A DNA stretch of 64,000 nt, from assembly GCA_030431715.1 (NCBI GenBank), contig JAUIIO010000013.1:39388-103387 (forward strand), read 5' to 3'. The DNA comes from a bacterium. Lineage in GTDB: Bacteria > Bdellovibrionota_C > UBA2361 > RFPC01. Position 1 is the first letter of the stretch. The number at the start of each line of letters is the position of its first letter. The notes below the pieces were generated by a model. The model searched no databases. It saw only the letters and a program-made list of their open reading frames with translations, and had not been told where the DNA came from. Shown here one piece after another: positions 55,411 to 64,000 of this stretch. Made by a program: the position numbers and the translations under genes.

Positions 55411-56508
55411 ATGAGTTCTAGTATAAGAGTCCTCTTCTGCTTAAGTATTCTTTCGCTTTATGCCACACAGATCAGAGCTGAAAGCACCCATGTAAAGATC
55501 GGTGCGATGCTTTGCTTAAGTGATGTTTGTTCTGAACCAGGACAAAATGCGCTTAATGGGATCCGTCTTGCTCTTAACGAAGTAAATAGTGCCGGTGGAG
55601 TGCTGGGGAAGAAACTTGAGTTGGTTGTTGAGGACACACAGGAGTCACACTCCGGGGCTCATACCGTTAGTGTTTTTAAAAAGCTAAGAACTGACTCAGA
55701 GATCTCACTATTCATAGGTCCAACGTGGTCTAATGGTGGTCTATCAGTTGCTCCGGTGGCTGCGAGAGAAAAAGGAATAATTCTAACTTCTCCTTCGCTG
55801 GGAGTTGCTGATTTTAATGAAACCTCAGATGCAATCTTTAATATCTGGCCTCATGATGACGTGGCTACTCGTGCTCTTGCACGACTCGCTGTTAAAAAAG
55901 GGTGGAAGTCGGCAGTGATTCTAAGCAGTCAAGATCCTTGGGAGTCTACTCAAGCGAAGACCTTTCGTGAAAGCTTTGAGGAGATGGGAGGAAAGGTACT
56001 AAAAGTTTTTGAGCCACTTTCCACTTCAACAAATCTTAAAGTCATCGCTCAGAGAACGGCAAAGCTCGCCCCCGATTTCATATTTATGAGTAATTATACA
56101 CGTGTAGATATCGCAGCGCGGGAGTTACAAACGATTAAGTGTGAGACCCCTAAGCTCATTGTACTTCTGGATGATGCGCGGTTGCAGGCTGCGGGCACAG
56201 CATTAGATGGTGCTATCGTAGCTGAAAACGATTACCCCTCTAAAGAGTTCGCGATTGCGTATAAGAAAAGTTACGGAGAAGAGCCGGGAATAGCTGCTGA
56301 TACCGGATATGATGTTTTAAAGATGTATGTGCAGGCGATGAAGGAAGCAAAATCCACGACTGATATCGACAAGATTCTACTTAAATACCGAGATCTTCAA
56401 TACTCAGGCGCTTCAGGGAGCGTGAAATTTGACGATGAGGGAGGAGTAGAGCGTAACCCCGTATTTCGCATAGTACGAGACCAAAAGAAGGTTCCCTATA
56501 CTGAATAA
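55411..56508 (+). CDS. ABC transporter substrate-binding protein (LivJ/Peripla_BP_6-like)
   Basis: A signal peptide is followed by IKIGAMLCLSDVCSEPGQNALNGIRLALNEVNSAGGVLGKKLELVVEDTQ. Confidence 0.7.
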   Translation: MSSSIRVLFCLSILSLYATQIRAESTHVKIGAMLCLSDVCSEPGQNALNGIRLALNEVNSAGGVLGKKLELVVEDTQESHSGAHTVSVFKKLRTDSEISLFIGPTWSNGGLSVAPVAAREKGIILTSPSLGVADFNETSDAIFNIWPHDDVATRALARLAVKKGWKSAVILSSQDPWESTQAKTFRESFEEMGGKVLKVFEPLSTSTNLKVIAQRTAKLAPDFIFMSNYTRVDIAARELQTIKCETPKLIVLLDDARLQAAGTALDGAIVAENDYPSKEFAIAYKKSYGEEPGIAADTGYDVLKMYVQAMKEAKSTTDIDKILLKYRDLQYSGASGSVKFDDEGGVERNPVFRIVRDQKKVPYTE

Positions 56509-56605
56509 TGAGAGAAGAGTCGTGTCATAGCACGTGGAACTCATGATCCTTCTGCAATTATCCGATATGGTTTATAGTTAACTTAATGAACAAAGCCAGC
56601 AGCTT

Positions 56606-56920
56606 ATGAGTGATTTTGAAAACGAAGGGGGCACCCAGACGGTAACTCGTGATAAGACGCGTCTTAAACGACCGAAGCTATTTAAGGTGCTGCTGATCAA
56701 TGATGATTATACTACCATGGATTTTGTGGTTTCGGTGCTTGAAACGATTTTTAAGAAATCACCTGCAGAGGCAACACAGATAATGCTTCAGGTGCATGAA
56801 AAGGGATCTGGTGTTTGTGGAATTTTTCCACGACAGATTGCAGAGGCCAAGGTTGAGGCTGTGAGGAGAAAGGCCCGTGCCGCGGGGTATCCTTTGCAAT
56901 GTCATCTTGAGGAGGCGTGA
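56606..56920 (+). CDS. clpS: ATP-dependent Clp protease adaptor ClpS
   Basis: PKLFKVLLINDDYTTMDFVVSVLETIFKKSPAEATQIMLQVHEKGSGVCG matches ClpS. Confidence 0.9.
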   Translation: MSDFENEGGTQTVTRDKTRLKRPKLFKVLLINDDYTTMDFVVSVLETIFKKSPAEATQIMLQVHEKGSGVCGIFPRQIAEAKVEAVRRKARAAGYPLQCHLEEA

Positions 56921-56926
56921 GGAGCT

Positions 56927-59200
56927 ATGTTTAGTACACAACTCGGCATGACGCTTGAAGCAGCCTTTCGAGAGGCCTCGTCCAGACAACATGCGTACTT
57001 TTGTCTGGAGCATCTCCTTTACGCTCTGCTCTTTGATGAAGATATTATAGATATCATTGAGAGTTGCGGAGGAGATATCTCGCTTCTAAAAAGAGATCTT
57101 GAGAGTTTCTTTGATGAGTTTTTAGAGAAGTCACACCCACAAGAAGCTGAGCCCGTGCAGACTCCCGCCGTTCAGCGAACTCTTCAGCACGCCATCTTAC
57201 ACATGCATTCTGCTGGGAAGAATGTAGTAACTAGCCGCGATGTGCTCGTAGCTATGTTTAAGGAAGAAGACTCTCATGCCATTTATTTCTTGCGTATGCA
57301 GGAAGTTCACCGTATCGATGTTCTTGATTACATCTCTCATGGAGTAGCAAAGGTAGTTAAGGCGTCTGAGGATGAGCCAGAAGAATTTTACGACGAAGAT
57401 GATGATGAGGTAGATGAAGGGTTGCACTCAGGTACAGCAACTCTTCAGAAGAAACGTACTGCGCTTGATAAGTACACGGAACATATGACTCAAAAAGCCC
57501 GAGATGGGAAGCTTGACCCTATTATAGGGAGAGATGCCGAGGTCGAACGGGCCCTGAAGGTCCTTTGTCGCAGGCAAAAGCATAACCCTCTTTTCCTAGG
57601 CGATCCCGGGGTAGGAAAAACCGCGATGGCTCATGCTATTGCCACAAGAATTGTTTCAGGTGAAGTTCCTGAGTCCCTGAGGGAGGCTGAGGTTTACTCC
57701 CTGCATATTGGTGCGCTTATAGCCGGTACGAAATTTCGTGGTGAGTTTGAGGAGCGTCTTAAGAGTCTTGTCGATGAACTTTCAAGAAAAAGCTACGCTA
57801 TTCTCTTTATCGATGAGATTCACACTATTGTTGGAGCTGGCGCCACTGGGACTGGCTCAATGGACGCGGCAAACTTGCTTAAACCTATGCTTGCCTCTGA
57901 ATCTACCCGCTGTATGGGGAGCACGACGTATGACGAGTATAAAAAACATTTTGAGAAGGATAGGGCTTTAAGTCGTAGATTCTCAACAATAGAGCTTGTT
58001 GAACCTACCATAGATGAGACAGTTAAAATTCTTGAAGGACTTAAAGAGAAGTACGAGAAACACCATAGTGTGAAGTACTCAAAAAGTGCGCTCCATGCTG
58101 CTGCAGAGCTCTCATCGAAGCACATTCTTTCACGTTTTTTACCGGATAAAGCAATTGATGTTATCGACGAAGCAGGAGCCGCAAATGCGTTTCGACCTCC
58201 ATCAAAGAGAAAGAAGACTATTACCGAGAAGGACATTGAAGAGGTCGTAAGTCTTATTGCGAAAGTTCCGGTTGGAAAAGTCTCCTCATCAGACGAAGAA
58301 AATCTTCGTACCCTTGAGGTGCGCATTAAAGCGCGACTTTTCGGGCAAGACAGGGCAGTAGAAGCTGTTGTGAAAGCGATGAAACGAGCCCGTGCGAACT
58401 TAGGTGGAGAGCGAAGGCCGAATGGGTCATTCCTCTTTTCAGGTCCAACCGGTGTAGGGAAGACCGAGCTGGCACGTGTCCTTGCTGATGAGCTGGGGGT
58501 GAATTTTCATCGATTCGACATGAGTGAGTATATGGAGAAGCATACTGTCGCTCGTCTCATAGGAGCTCCTCCTGGTTATGTTGGGTACGAAGAAGGAGGA
58601 ATCTTAACCGATCTTGTCAGGAAAGAGCCTTATGCGGTCCTGTTACTTGATGAAATAGAGAAGTCCCATCCTGATATTTACAACATCCTGTTGCAGGTCA
58701 TGGATGATGCCACGCTCACTGATTCTCATGGTAGAAAAACAGATTTTAGAAATGTGATTCTTATCATGACAACCAATGCAGGTAGTGCTGGTTCTTCTAC
58801 TATTGGCTTTGGAGTTTCTGGCAAAACGGGAAGTCGTGACAGTGAGATTAAGCGACTTTTTACCCCTGAGTTTAGAAATAGGCTGGATGAAATCATCGCT
58901 TTTGAAGCGCTTCCGGTTGAAGTCGTGAGGAGTATCGCCGGAAAATTCCTTGCCGAATTAGAAGGCCAGCTTCAGAGTAAGAACATTAAACTTGAATATA
59001 GCGATGACGTGGTCGACTGGTTGTCGAAGAAAGGGTTTAACGAAGAGCTTGGAGCACGTCCAATGGCAAGGGTGCTTGAGCGAGAAGTCAAAGATCGCTT
59101 AGCAGACGATATCCTTTTCGGTGAGCTCCAAAATGGAGGCAGTATAGCGCTCTCCTTAGATGGTGAAACCATCCAGATTAAATCTACATCACGTAGATAG
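56927..59200 (+). CDS. clpA: ATP-dependent Clp protease ATP-binding subunit ClpA
   Basis: There are two AAA+ modules (GDPGVGKTA and GPTGVGKTE) after a Clp N-domain. The gene directly follows clpS. Confidence 0.9.
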   Translation: MFSTQLGMTLEAAFREASSRQHAYFCLEHLLYALLFDEDIIDIIESCGGDISLLKRDLESFFDEFLEKSHPQEAEPVQTPAVQRTLQHAILHMHSAGKNVVTSRDVLVAMFKEEDSHAIYFLRMQEVHRIDVLDYISHGVAKVVKASEDEPEEFYDEDDDEVDEGLHSGTATLQKKRTALDKYTEHMTQKARDGKLDPIIGRDAEVERALKVLCRRQKHNPLFLGDPGVGKTAMAHAIATRIVSGEVPESLREAEVYSLHIGALIAGTKFRGEFEERLKSLVDELSRKSYAILFIDEIHTIVGAGATGTGSMDAANLLKPMLASESTRCMGSTTYDEYKKHFEKDRALSRRFSTIELVEPTIDETVKILEGLKEKYEKHHSVKYSKSALHAAAELSSKHILSRFLPDKAIDVIDEAGAANAFRPPSKRKKTITEKDIEEVVSLIAKVPVGKVSSSDEENLRTLEVRIKARLFGQDRAVEAVVKAMKRARANLGGERRPNGSFLFSGPTGVGKTELARVLADELGVNFHRFDMSEYMEKHTVARLIGAPPGYVGYEEGGILTDLVRKEPYAVLLLDEIEKSHPDIYNILLQVMDDATLTDSHGRKTDFRNVILIMTTNAGSAGSSTIGFGVSGKTGSRDSEIKRLFTPEFRNRLDEIIAFEALPVEVVRSIAGKFLAELEGQLQSKNIKLEYSDDVVDWLSKKGFNEELGARPMARVLEREVKDRLADDILFGELQNGGSIALSLDGETIQIKSTSRR

Positions 59201-59279
59201 AAAAAATTTGTTTATCATCATTCCTTCTTTTATCATTTCAGTATGATTATGTGGTGTTTGTAATTCCATGAGGTGAATT

Positions 59280-59699
59280 ATGGTGTCATTTGCAAATGGG
59301 AATGGTTTCGTAAGGCGGCCTGATGATGATGGCGGCCCGGTCCCCAAAAAACTTGGCGAGCTCGGCTTTAATGAAAGAGTGATTGCTCTTCTGGGTTATC
59401 CACCAAAAGGGAGAATTGCAGATTGGTTAAAGAACACATGCACTGAGATCTTGCGCTCTTCAAATCATGAAGAGCTTATTTCAAAAAAAACTGATAAAGG
59501 AAATTTTAACCAGATTATAGAGGGGTATGAAAAGTTGAGCCCACCGTATCCATACGAACGTGAAGCACTCCTTGCGCTAAGAGATTTTAAGGCAACAACC
59601 GATCATGGAATTCCGCTACAGGATCCCAAAATACAGGATTTTTTAAGGAGATTTGAGAAGGCCGTTCGAACAGGGGAAAATCAACAGGACCTCTTCTAA
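59280..59699 (+). CDS. Hypothetical protein
   Basis: This is an ORF only. Confidence 0.4.
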   Translation: MVSFANGNGFVRRPDDDGGPVPKKLGELGFNERVIALLGYPPKGRIADWLKNTCTEILRSSNHEELISKKTDKGNFNQIIEGYEKLSPPYPYEREALLALRDFKATTDHGIPLQDPKIQDFLRRFEKAVRTGENQQDLF

Positions 59700-59860
59700 A
59701 AAGTGACTATCTTCCTGATGGCACGAATACACTATAAGCCAATAGTGCCATCCTGATAGTCATTGCGAGGAGCTGAGACACTTATGTCGAACGACGTGGC
59801 AATCTCACGGCCTCGTGTCATTGTAATAACGGCATGAAAGGAAGTTTAGAGTAATGCCTA

Positions 59861-60274
59861 TTAGTGTAAAATGATCTTCTTAGGCGGAGCTTCTTCTTCC
59901 TCTTCTTCACCGAAGAATTCATCCTCAAAAAACTCTTCATCAGCGTCGACAATTTCAACGCCCTGAACAACAACCTTACCCTTGAGCTGTTTCGTCATGT
60001 CGTCAAACTTGCGCTTGAGTTTAATGAACTTGAGCGCCACGACAGTAAAAAACACCCCGAAAAGAACGAGAAAGAATGAGACCGCTGCTACGAGGAGCAT
60101 CGGGGCTGTAATAGCGATGACTCCGAGGAGAAAGAAAAATGCACCGGGCACAAAAAGGAGAGCTTTATTCGAAAAAGCGATAGAAAAAGACTTAAGCTGC
60201 TGCTTATTCTTTTGAAAACTGGTACCTGGCTGTCTAAACATCTCTTTCATCCGGGCTATATTATCGCGTAACAT
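59861..60274 (-). CDS. Small membrane protein with acidic C-terminus
   Basis: Two TM segments are followed by the tail DADEEFFEDEFFGEEEEEEAPPKK. The start is uncertain: 60274, or the track start at 60313. Confidence 0.4.
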   Translation of the reverse strand: MLRDNIARMKEMFRQPGTSFQKNKQQLKSFSIAFSNKALLFVPGAFFFLLGVIAITAPMLLVAAVSFFLVLFGVFFTVVALKFIKLKRKFDDMTKQLKGKVVVQGVEIVDADEEFFEDEFFGEEEEEEAPPKKIILH

Positions 60275-60394
60275 TTGGATACGTCCTTTTAAATGGATAT
60301 ACTCTATACACACTACAACAAAGAAGCTGTATATAGTAGTCTATTATGCGCATAAAGGCATAAGAAGCAAAAGCGCTTGTAACATCATAATTTT

Positions 60395-60880
60395 ATGGCA
60401 GAACTTCTCGTAGATTTTTTCCGAATGTTTTCAATTTCTAACTGGTTTTTGCAATCAGTTGCTATGGGTATAACAGCATTGCTTCTCCCGAAATTGAGAG
60501 TAACCAGTATATTTGGTCCATTACTTACTGTACTTTGCCTCGCATTTGTGAATGTACATGTTTGGGATGCGGCACTTTTTTTTCAAGTGCCAGATACCTT
60601 CACCACTCATACTCTTGTAGCCCTCTTTGTTAATGGAGCATTGTTCTGGTTTCTTGTTAAACTTTTACCCGGGATTGAAATTGAAGGTGTGCTTACTGCT
60701 CTTATAGCTCCTGTAATCTTTACCGTTTGCAATCTACTTATCGTTACCTATGGAGACCGCGTTGATTGGGCCTATATCTTTAGCGTGATCATAGACATTC
60801 TTAGTTACCTTAAAGAGCTTGCGCAGGATAAGGGGGGTGCCGCCATTGAGCCTGCGCTCAGTAGCGTGGCCTCACCTTAA
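60395..60880 (+). CDS. Phage-holin-family-4-like (DUF360) membrane protein
   Basis: The duplicated pattern ...ALLLPKLRVTS...VN... and ...KLLPGIEIEG... with four TM segments fits the DUF360 layout as I remember it. Confidence 0.5.
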   Translation: MAELLVDFFRMFSISNWFLQSVAMGITALLLPKLRVTSIFGPLLTVLCLAFVNVHVWDAALFFQVPDTFTTHTLVALFVNGALFWFLVKLLPGIEIEGVLTALIAPVIFTVCNLLIVTYGDRVDWAYIFSVIIDILSYLKELAQDKGGAAIEPALSSVASP

Positions 60881-60889
60881 GAAAATGCG

Positions 60890-61804
60890 ATGATTCTCTC
60901 CAATCTCAATGAAAATACTGGTGTTATCGTTCGTGCCTCTCGAAGGTGGGCAGAAGTCCTTCGTGGAGGTTTCCAAATTGTCCGAGGGACTGCAACGAAT
61001 AACCTTATTGATGATATCACCGTAGGAGATCTTGCTACTCTCACGAAGATGAGTGGTGAGCTTAAAGTAACTGCGCTTGCAGATCGTAAGAATTTTCTGA
61101 CTAGGCAATACGGAAAGAAGGTTAAGCGAATCGCAGCCAACTTGGACAGACTTTATATTGTTACAGCACCTGGAACTCTTCTTAATATTGATTTTATTGA
61201 TAGAGCTCTCTGTGCTGCTGGAGAGCAAGCAATCCCGACCTCGCTCATTTTTAACAAGATCGATCTTGCAAAGGGAAAAGAGGATAGTGTTTTAAATTAT
61301 TATGAAAAGATAGGTATTGATATTATTCGGACTTCAGCAAAAAAGGGTGACGTCTCAACACTTACAGGAATATTAGAGTCTCGGAATGAAGAGCTTGTAA
61401 GCTTTGCTGGGGTATCTGGGGTAGGAAAGAGCTCGCTTCTCAATGAGCTTATTCCAGAAGCGGAACGTGAAACTGGTAGCGTAAGTGCGCGTACTGGTCA
61501 GGGAAAACAGACTACCTCACAGTCTATGGCATATGTTTATGAATCCGTTAATAAGAAGATGCTTATTATTGATCTCCCCGGAATTCAAAATTACGGAATT
61601 ACTCATCTTGAAAAGCAAGATATCGTTCGTGGTATGCCGGATATTCTTGAATTTGCAATACATTGTGAGTACTCTGATTGCGCACACCGCGCTGAGGAAC
61701 AGTGTGGCGTCAAGGCGGCACTGAAGTCAGGAAAGCTTGCTGAATTTAGATACAATTCTTATTGCGCGATGCTAGATGAAATAGAGAGTGTACGAGAGTA
61801 TTGA
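60890..61804 (+). CDS. rsgA: Ribosome small-subunit-dependent GTPase A
   Basis: The circularly permuted GTPase shows [19 protein letters not shown] and DLPG. The C-terminal zinc knuckle reads [14 protein letters not shown]. Confidence 0.85.
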   Translation: MILSNLNENTGVIVRASRRWAEVLRGGFQIVRGTATNNLIDDITVGDLATLTKMSGELKVTALADRKNFLTRQYGKKVKRIAANLDRLYIVTAPGTLLNIDFIDRALCAAGEQAIPTSLIFNKIDLAKGKEDSVLNYYEKIGIDIIRTSAKKGDVSTLTGILESRNEELVSFAGVSGVGKSSLLNELIPEAERETGSVSARTGQGKQTTSQSMAYVYESVNKKMLIIDLPGIQNYGITHLEKQDIVRGMPDILEFAIHCEYSDCAHRAEEQCGVKAALKSGKLAEFRYNSYCAMLDEIESVREY

Positions 61805-61805
61805 T

Positions 61806-62528
61806 ATGGCACATCCTGCACATTCCCTAAGTGAACAGAATAGCGTAGGCCAAGAAACCAACTGGAAAAGTGTACTGCGCGAAGAAAAGCAGAAAGAGTA
61901 TTTTAAGCAGGTCGTAAAGTTTGTTGAGGGAGAACGTCAGCAGGGGAAGCTGATCTTTCCCCCCAATTCCCAGGTTTTTAGCGCCCTCGCATCAACACCC
62001 CTTGAAAATGTTCGTGTGGTTATTATTGGTCAGGATCCCTATCATGGCCAAGGCCAAGCTCATGGTCTCTGTTTCTCCGTACAAGAAGGTATCACACCGC
62101 CCCCATCGCTTGTGAATATATTTAAAGAACTGGAGAGTGACCTCGGGATATCAAGACCGGACTCGGGCAGCTTAACAGGATGGGCTGAGCAAGGAGTATT
62201 ACTGCTAAATGCGGTTCTTACGGTACAAGCTCACAATGCAGGTTCGCACGCAGGCAAAGGCTGGGAAACGTTTACGGATAAGGTGATTGAAGTCGTAAAC
62301 GATAATCTTCAAAGCGTCGTCTTTCTTCTTTGGGGCTCATACGCTCAGAAGAAGGGAGCGTTCATTGATACACAGAAACACTGTGTACTTAAGTCGCCCC
62401 ACCCTTCGCCCTTATCTGCACACAGAGGCTTCTTCGGTAGTAAACATTTCTCAAAAGCCAACGAGTATCTTGTCTCAAAAGGACGTGAACCAATTGACTG
62501 GTCAAAATTTAAAGCGCGAACTGCTTAA
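61806..62528 (+). CDS. ung: Uracil-DNA glycosylase (family 1)
   Basis: [18 protein letters not shown] and HPSPLSA are family-1 UDG motifs. Confidence 0.9.
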   Translation: MAHPAHSLSEQNSVGQETNWKSVLREEKQKEYFKQVVKFVEGERQQGKLIFPPNSQVFSALASTPLENVRVVIIGQDPYHGQGQAHGLCFSVQEGITPPPSLVNIFKELESDLGISRPDSGSLTGWAEQGVLLLNAVLTVQAHNAGSHAGKGWETFTDKVIEVVNDNLQSVVFLLWGSYAQKKGAFIDTQKHCVLKSPHPSPLSAHRGFFGSKHFSKANEYLVSKGREPIDWSKFKARTA

Positions 62529-63322
62529 TTCGCGCCTTGTTCTTGCTGTCTCTGCGCAGCTTCGCCAATTGCTTGCATCTGTTTAAGAAAGCTCTGAGCT
62601 TTCTCCTGATCGATACCCTTGAACTTTTCAGAAAGACCGTTGGTAAGAGATTGAACAGTTTTTCTCTGATCGTACTGCTGAGGTAGTACACCGAAGGCAA
62701 TCGCACCGACGATCATGAATGTGATTAGTAGGGAAACAAGAGAGGTGAGATAGAGTCCAGTGGTTCTTGCGGTCGAGGCCTCAGGGAGCGAAGAGAAAGA
62801 ACAGTAGAGAATATAAAGTGAATAAATACCGACAAAGAACGTTACAAAACCGAGCAATGGGATGAGATTAAAAACACCTGCTAGCGCTACAGGGAGAAAC
62901 GAAAAAGCCAGTGCTTTGGCCGCATTTATCTCCGAAACATTTCCGCCAAATTTTGTGGAGAGAAAAGAGACGATCTTCGCTCCGAGCCAGATATAAAGTG
63001 CACTCAGGCCAACACGAGCGATAAGGTGTATTATTGAAGGAAAGACCTCAGCTCGAATAGTGCCAACAATGGGGAAAGAGGTTCCGATAACAACGGACCC
63101 TATAAATGAGCATATCGAAGCAAGAAGCACAGCAGGCAGGTAATACTCGACTAAGATCTGCTTAAGGGTTAATTCTTCAGCATATATGTTTGCCCAGACT
63201 TCTTTAGGACGTAGGAAAACTTCTTTAGCACGATTTAAAATTTTGCTCGGATCGGGTGAGCAGGAGTTGCAGCTATTTGGAGAGCTCCCTTCTGGAGCAG
63301 TGGTTTGAGAAGTTGATGTCAT
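62525..63322 (-). CDS. Yip1-like polytopic membrane protein
   Basis: The topology is five TM segments after a soluble N-terminus. The resemblance to Yip1/DUF1282 proteins is weak. Confidence 0.35.
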   Translation of the reverse strand: MTSTSQTTAPEGSSPNSCNSCSPDPSKILNRAKEVFLRPKEVWANIYAEELTLKQILVEYYLPAVLLASICSFIGSVVIGTSFPIVGTIRAEVFPSIIHLIARVGLSALYIWLGAKIVSFLSTKFGGNVSEINAAKALAFSFLPVALAGVFNLIPLLGFVTFFVGIYSLYILYCSFSSLPEASTARTTGLYLTSLVSLLITFMIVGAIAFGVLPQQYDQRKTVQSLTNGLSEKFKGIDQEKAQSFLKQMQAIGEAAQRQQEQGAN

Positions 63323-63420
63323 GTATTCCCCCGACGAATCAATTGTTTAGATACACGTAGTACCGTGTCAGTGCGGGAATTTCAAGATAATAATACTGTT
63401 CTCTAGCGCGAAGCTTAAGA

Positions 63421-64000
63421 TTAGATGTATTGGTCTTCTTCAGAGCCAGTGGCGATCTGTATTTTGCCTTCAGCCTCGAGTCTTCTGACAATATCAACGA
63501 TACCCTGCTGGGCTTTCTCAACATCTTTAAGCTTAACTGGGCCAAGTGTTTCGAGATCTTCCTCAATCATCTCAGCCGCACGTTTGGATACGTTTCTAAA
63601 GAGCAGATCGGTAAGATCTTCGCTCGCAGTTTTAAGAGAGAGCACAAGTTGATCTCGTGGAACTTCCTTAAGAACAGTCTGGATACCTTTATCGTCGATA
63701 TTTTTACAATCTTCAAAAGTAAACATGAGGTTCCTGATCTGCTCGGCCATGTCAGGATACATCTCTTCAATCTCGGTAATGATTCTTTCCTCATTATTTC
63801 GATCAACGAAGTTTAAGATATCAGCAGCGGCCTTAGGACCAACAACTTCCTCTTCGTTCACCCCGCCAGAACGTAAGGTCGATCGAAGTACTTCACGAAC
63901 TTCATCAACAACGTCTGATTTTACCATGTTTAAGTTGGCGATACGTATGAGGATATCAGTTTGAGTTTCTTCATTCATTGTTTGAAGAACTTGTGCACCT
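63421..64000 (-). CDS. fliG: Flagellar motor switch protein FliG (C-terminal about 190 aa; N-terminus beyond window end)
   Basis: MFTFEDCKNIDDKGIQTVLKEVPRDQLVLSLKTASEDLTDLLFRNVSKRAAEMIEEDLETLGPVKLKDVEKAQQGIVDIVRRLEAEGKI aligns by eye with the FliG middle and C-terminal domains. The frame stays open to the window edge. Confidence 0.9.
   Translation of the reverse strand, partial: GAQVLQTMNEETQTDILIRIANLNMVKSDVVDEVREVLRSTLRSGGVNEEEVVGPKAAADILNFVDRNNEERIITEIEEMYPDMAEQIRNLMFTFEDCKNIDDKGIQTVLKEVPRDQLVLSLKTASEDLTDLLFRNVSKRAAEMIEEDLETLGPVKLKDVEKAQQGIVDIVRRLEAEGKIQIATGSEEDQYI

Noticed and set aside
57820-58326. A 168-aa ORF lies antisense within clpA.
   Set aside because: It lies inside a highly conserved gene, with no motifs.
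53875-59200. I considered the aat ... clpS-clpA neighbourhood as a novel system.
   Set aside because: These are the known components of the bacterial N-degron pathway, and as I recall their proximity is also seen in E. coli. This is ordinary conserved housekeeping content.
60395-60880. I considered the holin-family-4-like protein as evidence of a prophage lysis cassette.
   Set aside because: No endolysin, spanin or phage structural genes are adjacent. DUF360 proteins are widespread chromosomal membrane proteins.
1-64000. I looked for a CRISPR array, tRNA or rRNA genes, and IS elements.
   Set aside because: I found no regularly spaced direct repeats, no cloverleaf-compatible T-arm motifs and no rRNA-like conserved blocks. 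There is no transposase or integrase ORF in any frame.

Overview
The window is a bacterial chromosomal segment with about 60 protein-coding genes on both strands. I found no rRNA, tRNA, CRISPR array, transposase or integrase. Hand counts put coding background near the mid-40s % G+C, with two G+C-rich islands at about 12.9-14.2 kb and 21.9-22.3 kb.

Recognisable housekeeping genes:
- Ribosome and translation: hflX, an ABC-F ATPase, rsgA.
- Protein turnover: aat, clpS, clpA.
- DNA-related: ung, radC, a cytosine-5 DNA methyltransferase.
- Metabolism: cysE, two futalosine-pathway menaquinone genes, an arsM-like methyltransferase, an arylsulfatase, a carbamoyltransferase.
- Transport: SulP and SSF transporters, a LivJ-like binding protein.
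- Glycan modification: a small cluster of GT2, GT8, a methyltransferase and an acyltransferase.

Both window edges cut flagellar genes. At the 5' edge is a flagellin N-domain protein that continues into FG-GAP repeats. At the 3' edge is the C-terminal two thirds of fliG.

The accessory content is mostly signal-peptide proteins. They are built from thrombospondin-type-3-like Asp-rich calcium motifs, Cys-rich repeats, RCC1 repeats, ankyrin repeats, a parallel beta-helix and recurring Lys/Arg-rich modules. This suggests a surface-active, possibly predatory or host-associated flagellate Gram-negative organism. The taxon cannot be established from the sequence alone.

I do not see a canonical defence system, prophage or biosynthetic gene cluster. 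The leads most worth follow-up are:
1. The flagellin/FG-GAP fusion.
2. The repeated K/R-rich modules in secreted proteins.
3. An unexplained structured G+C-rich non-coding island.
4. A translationally coupled hflX/ABC-F/unknown operon.

All family assignments come from motif recognition by eye, not from searches.
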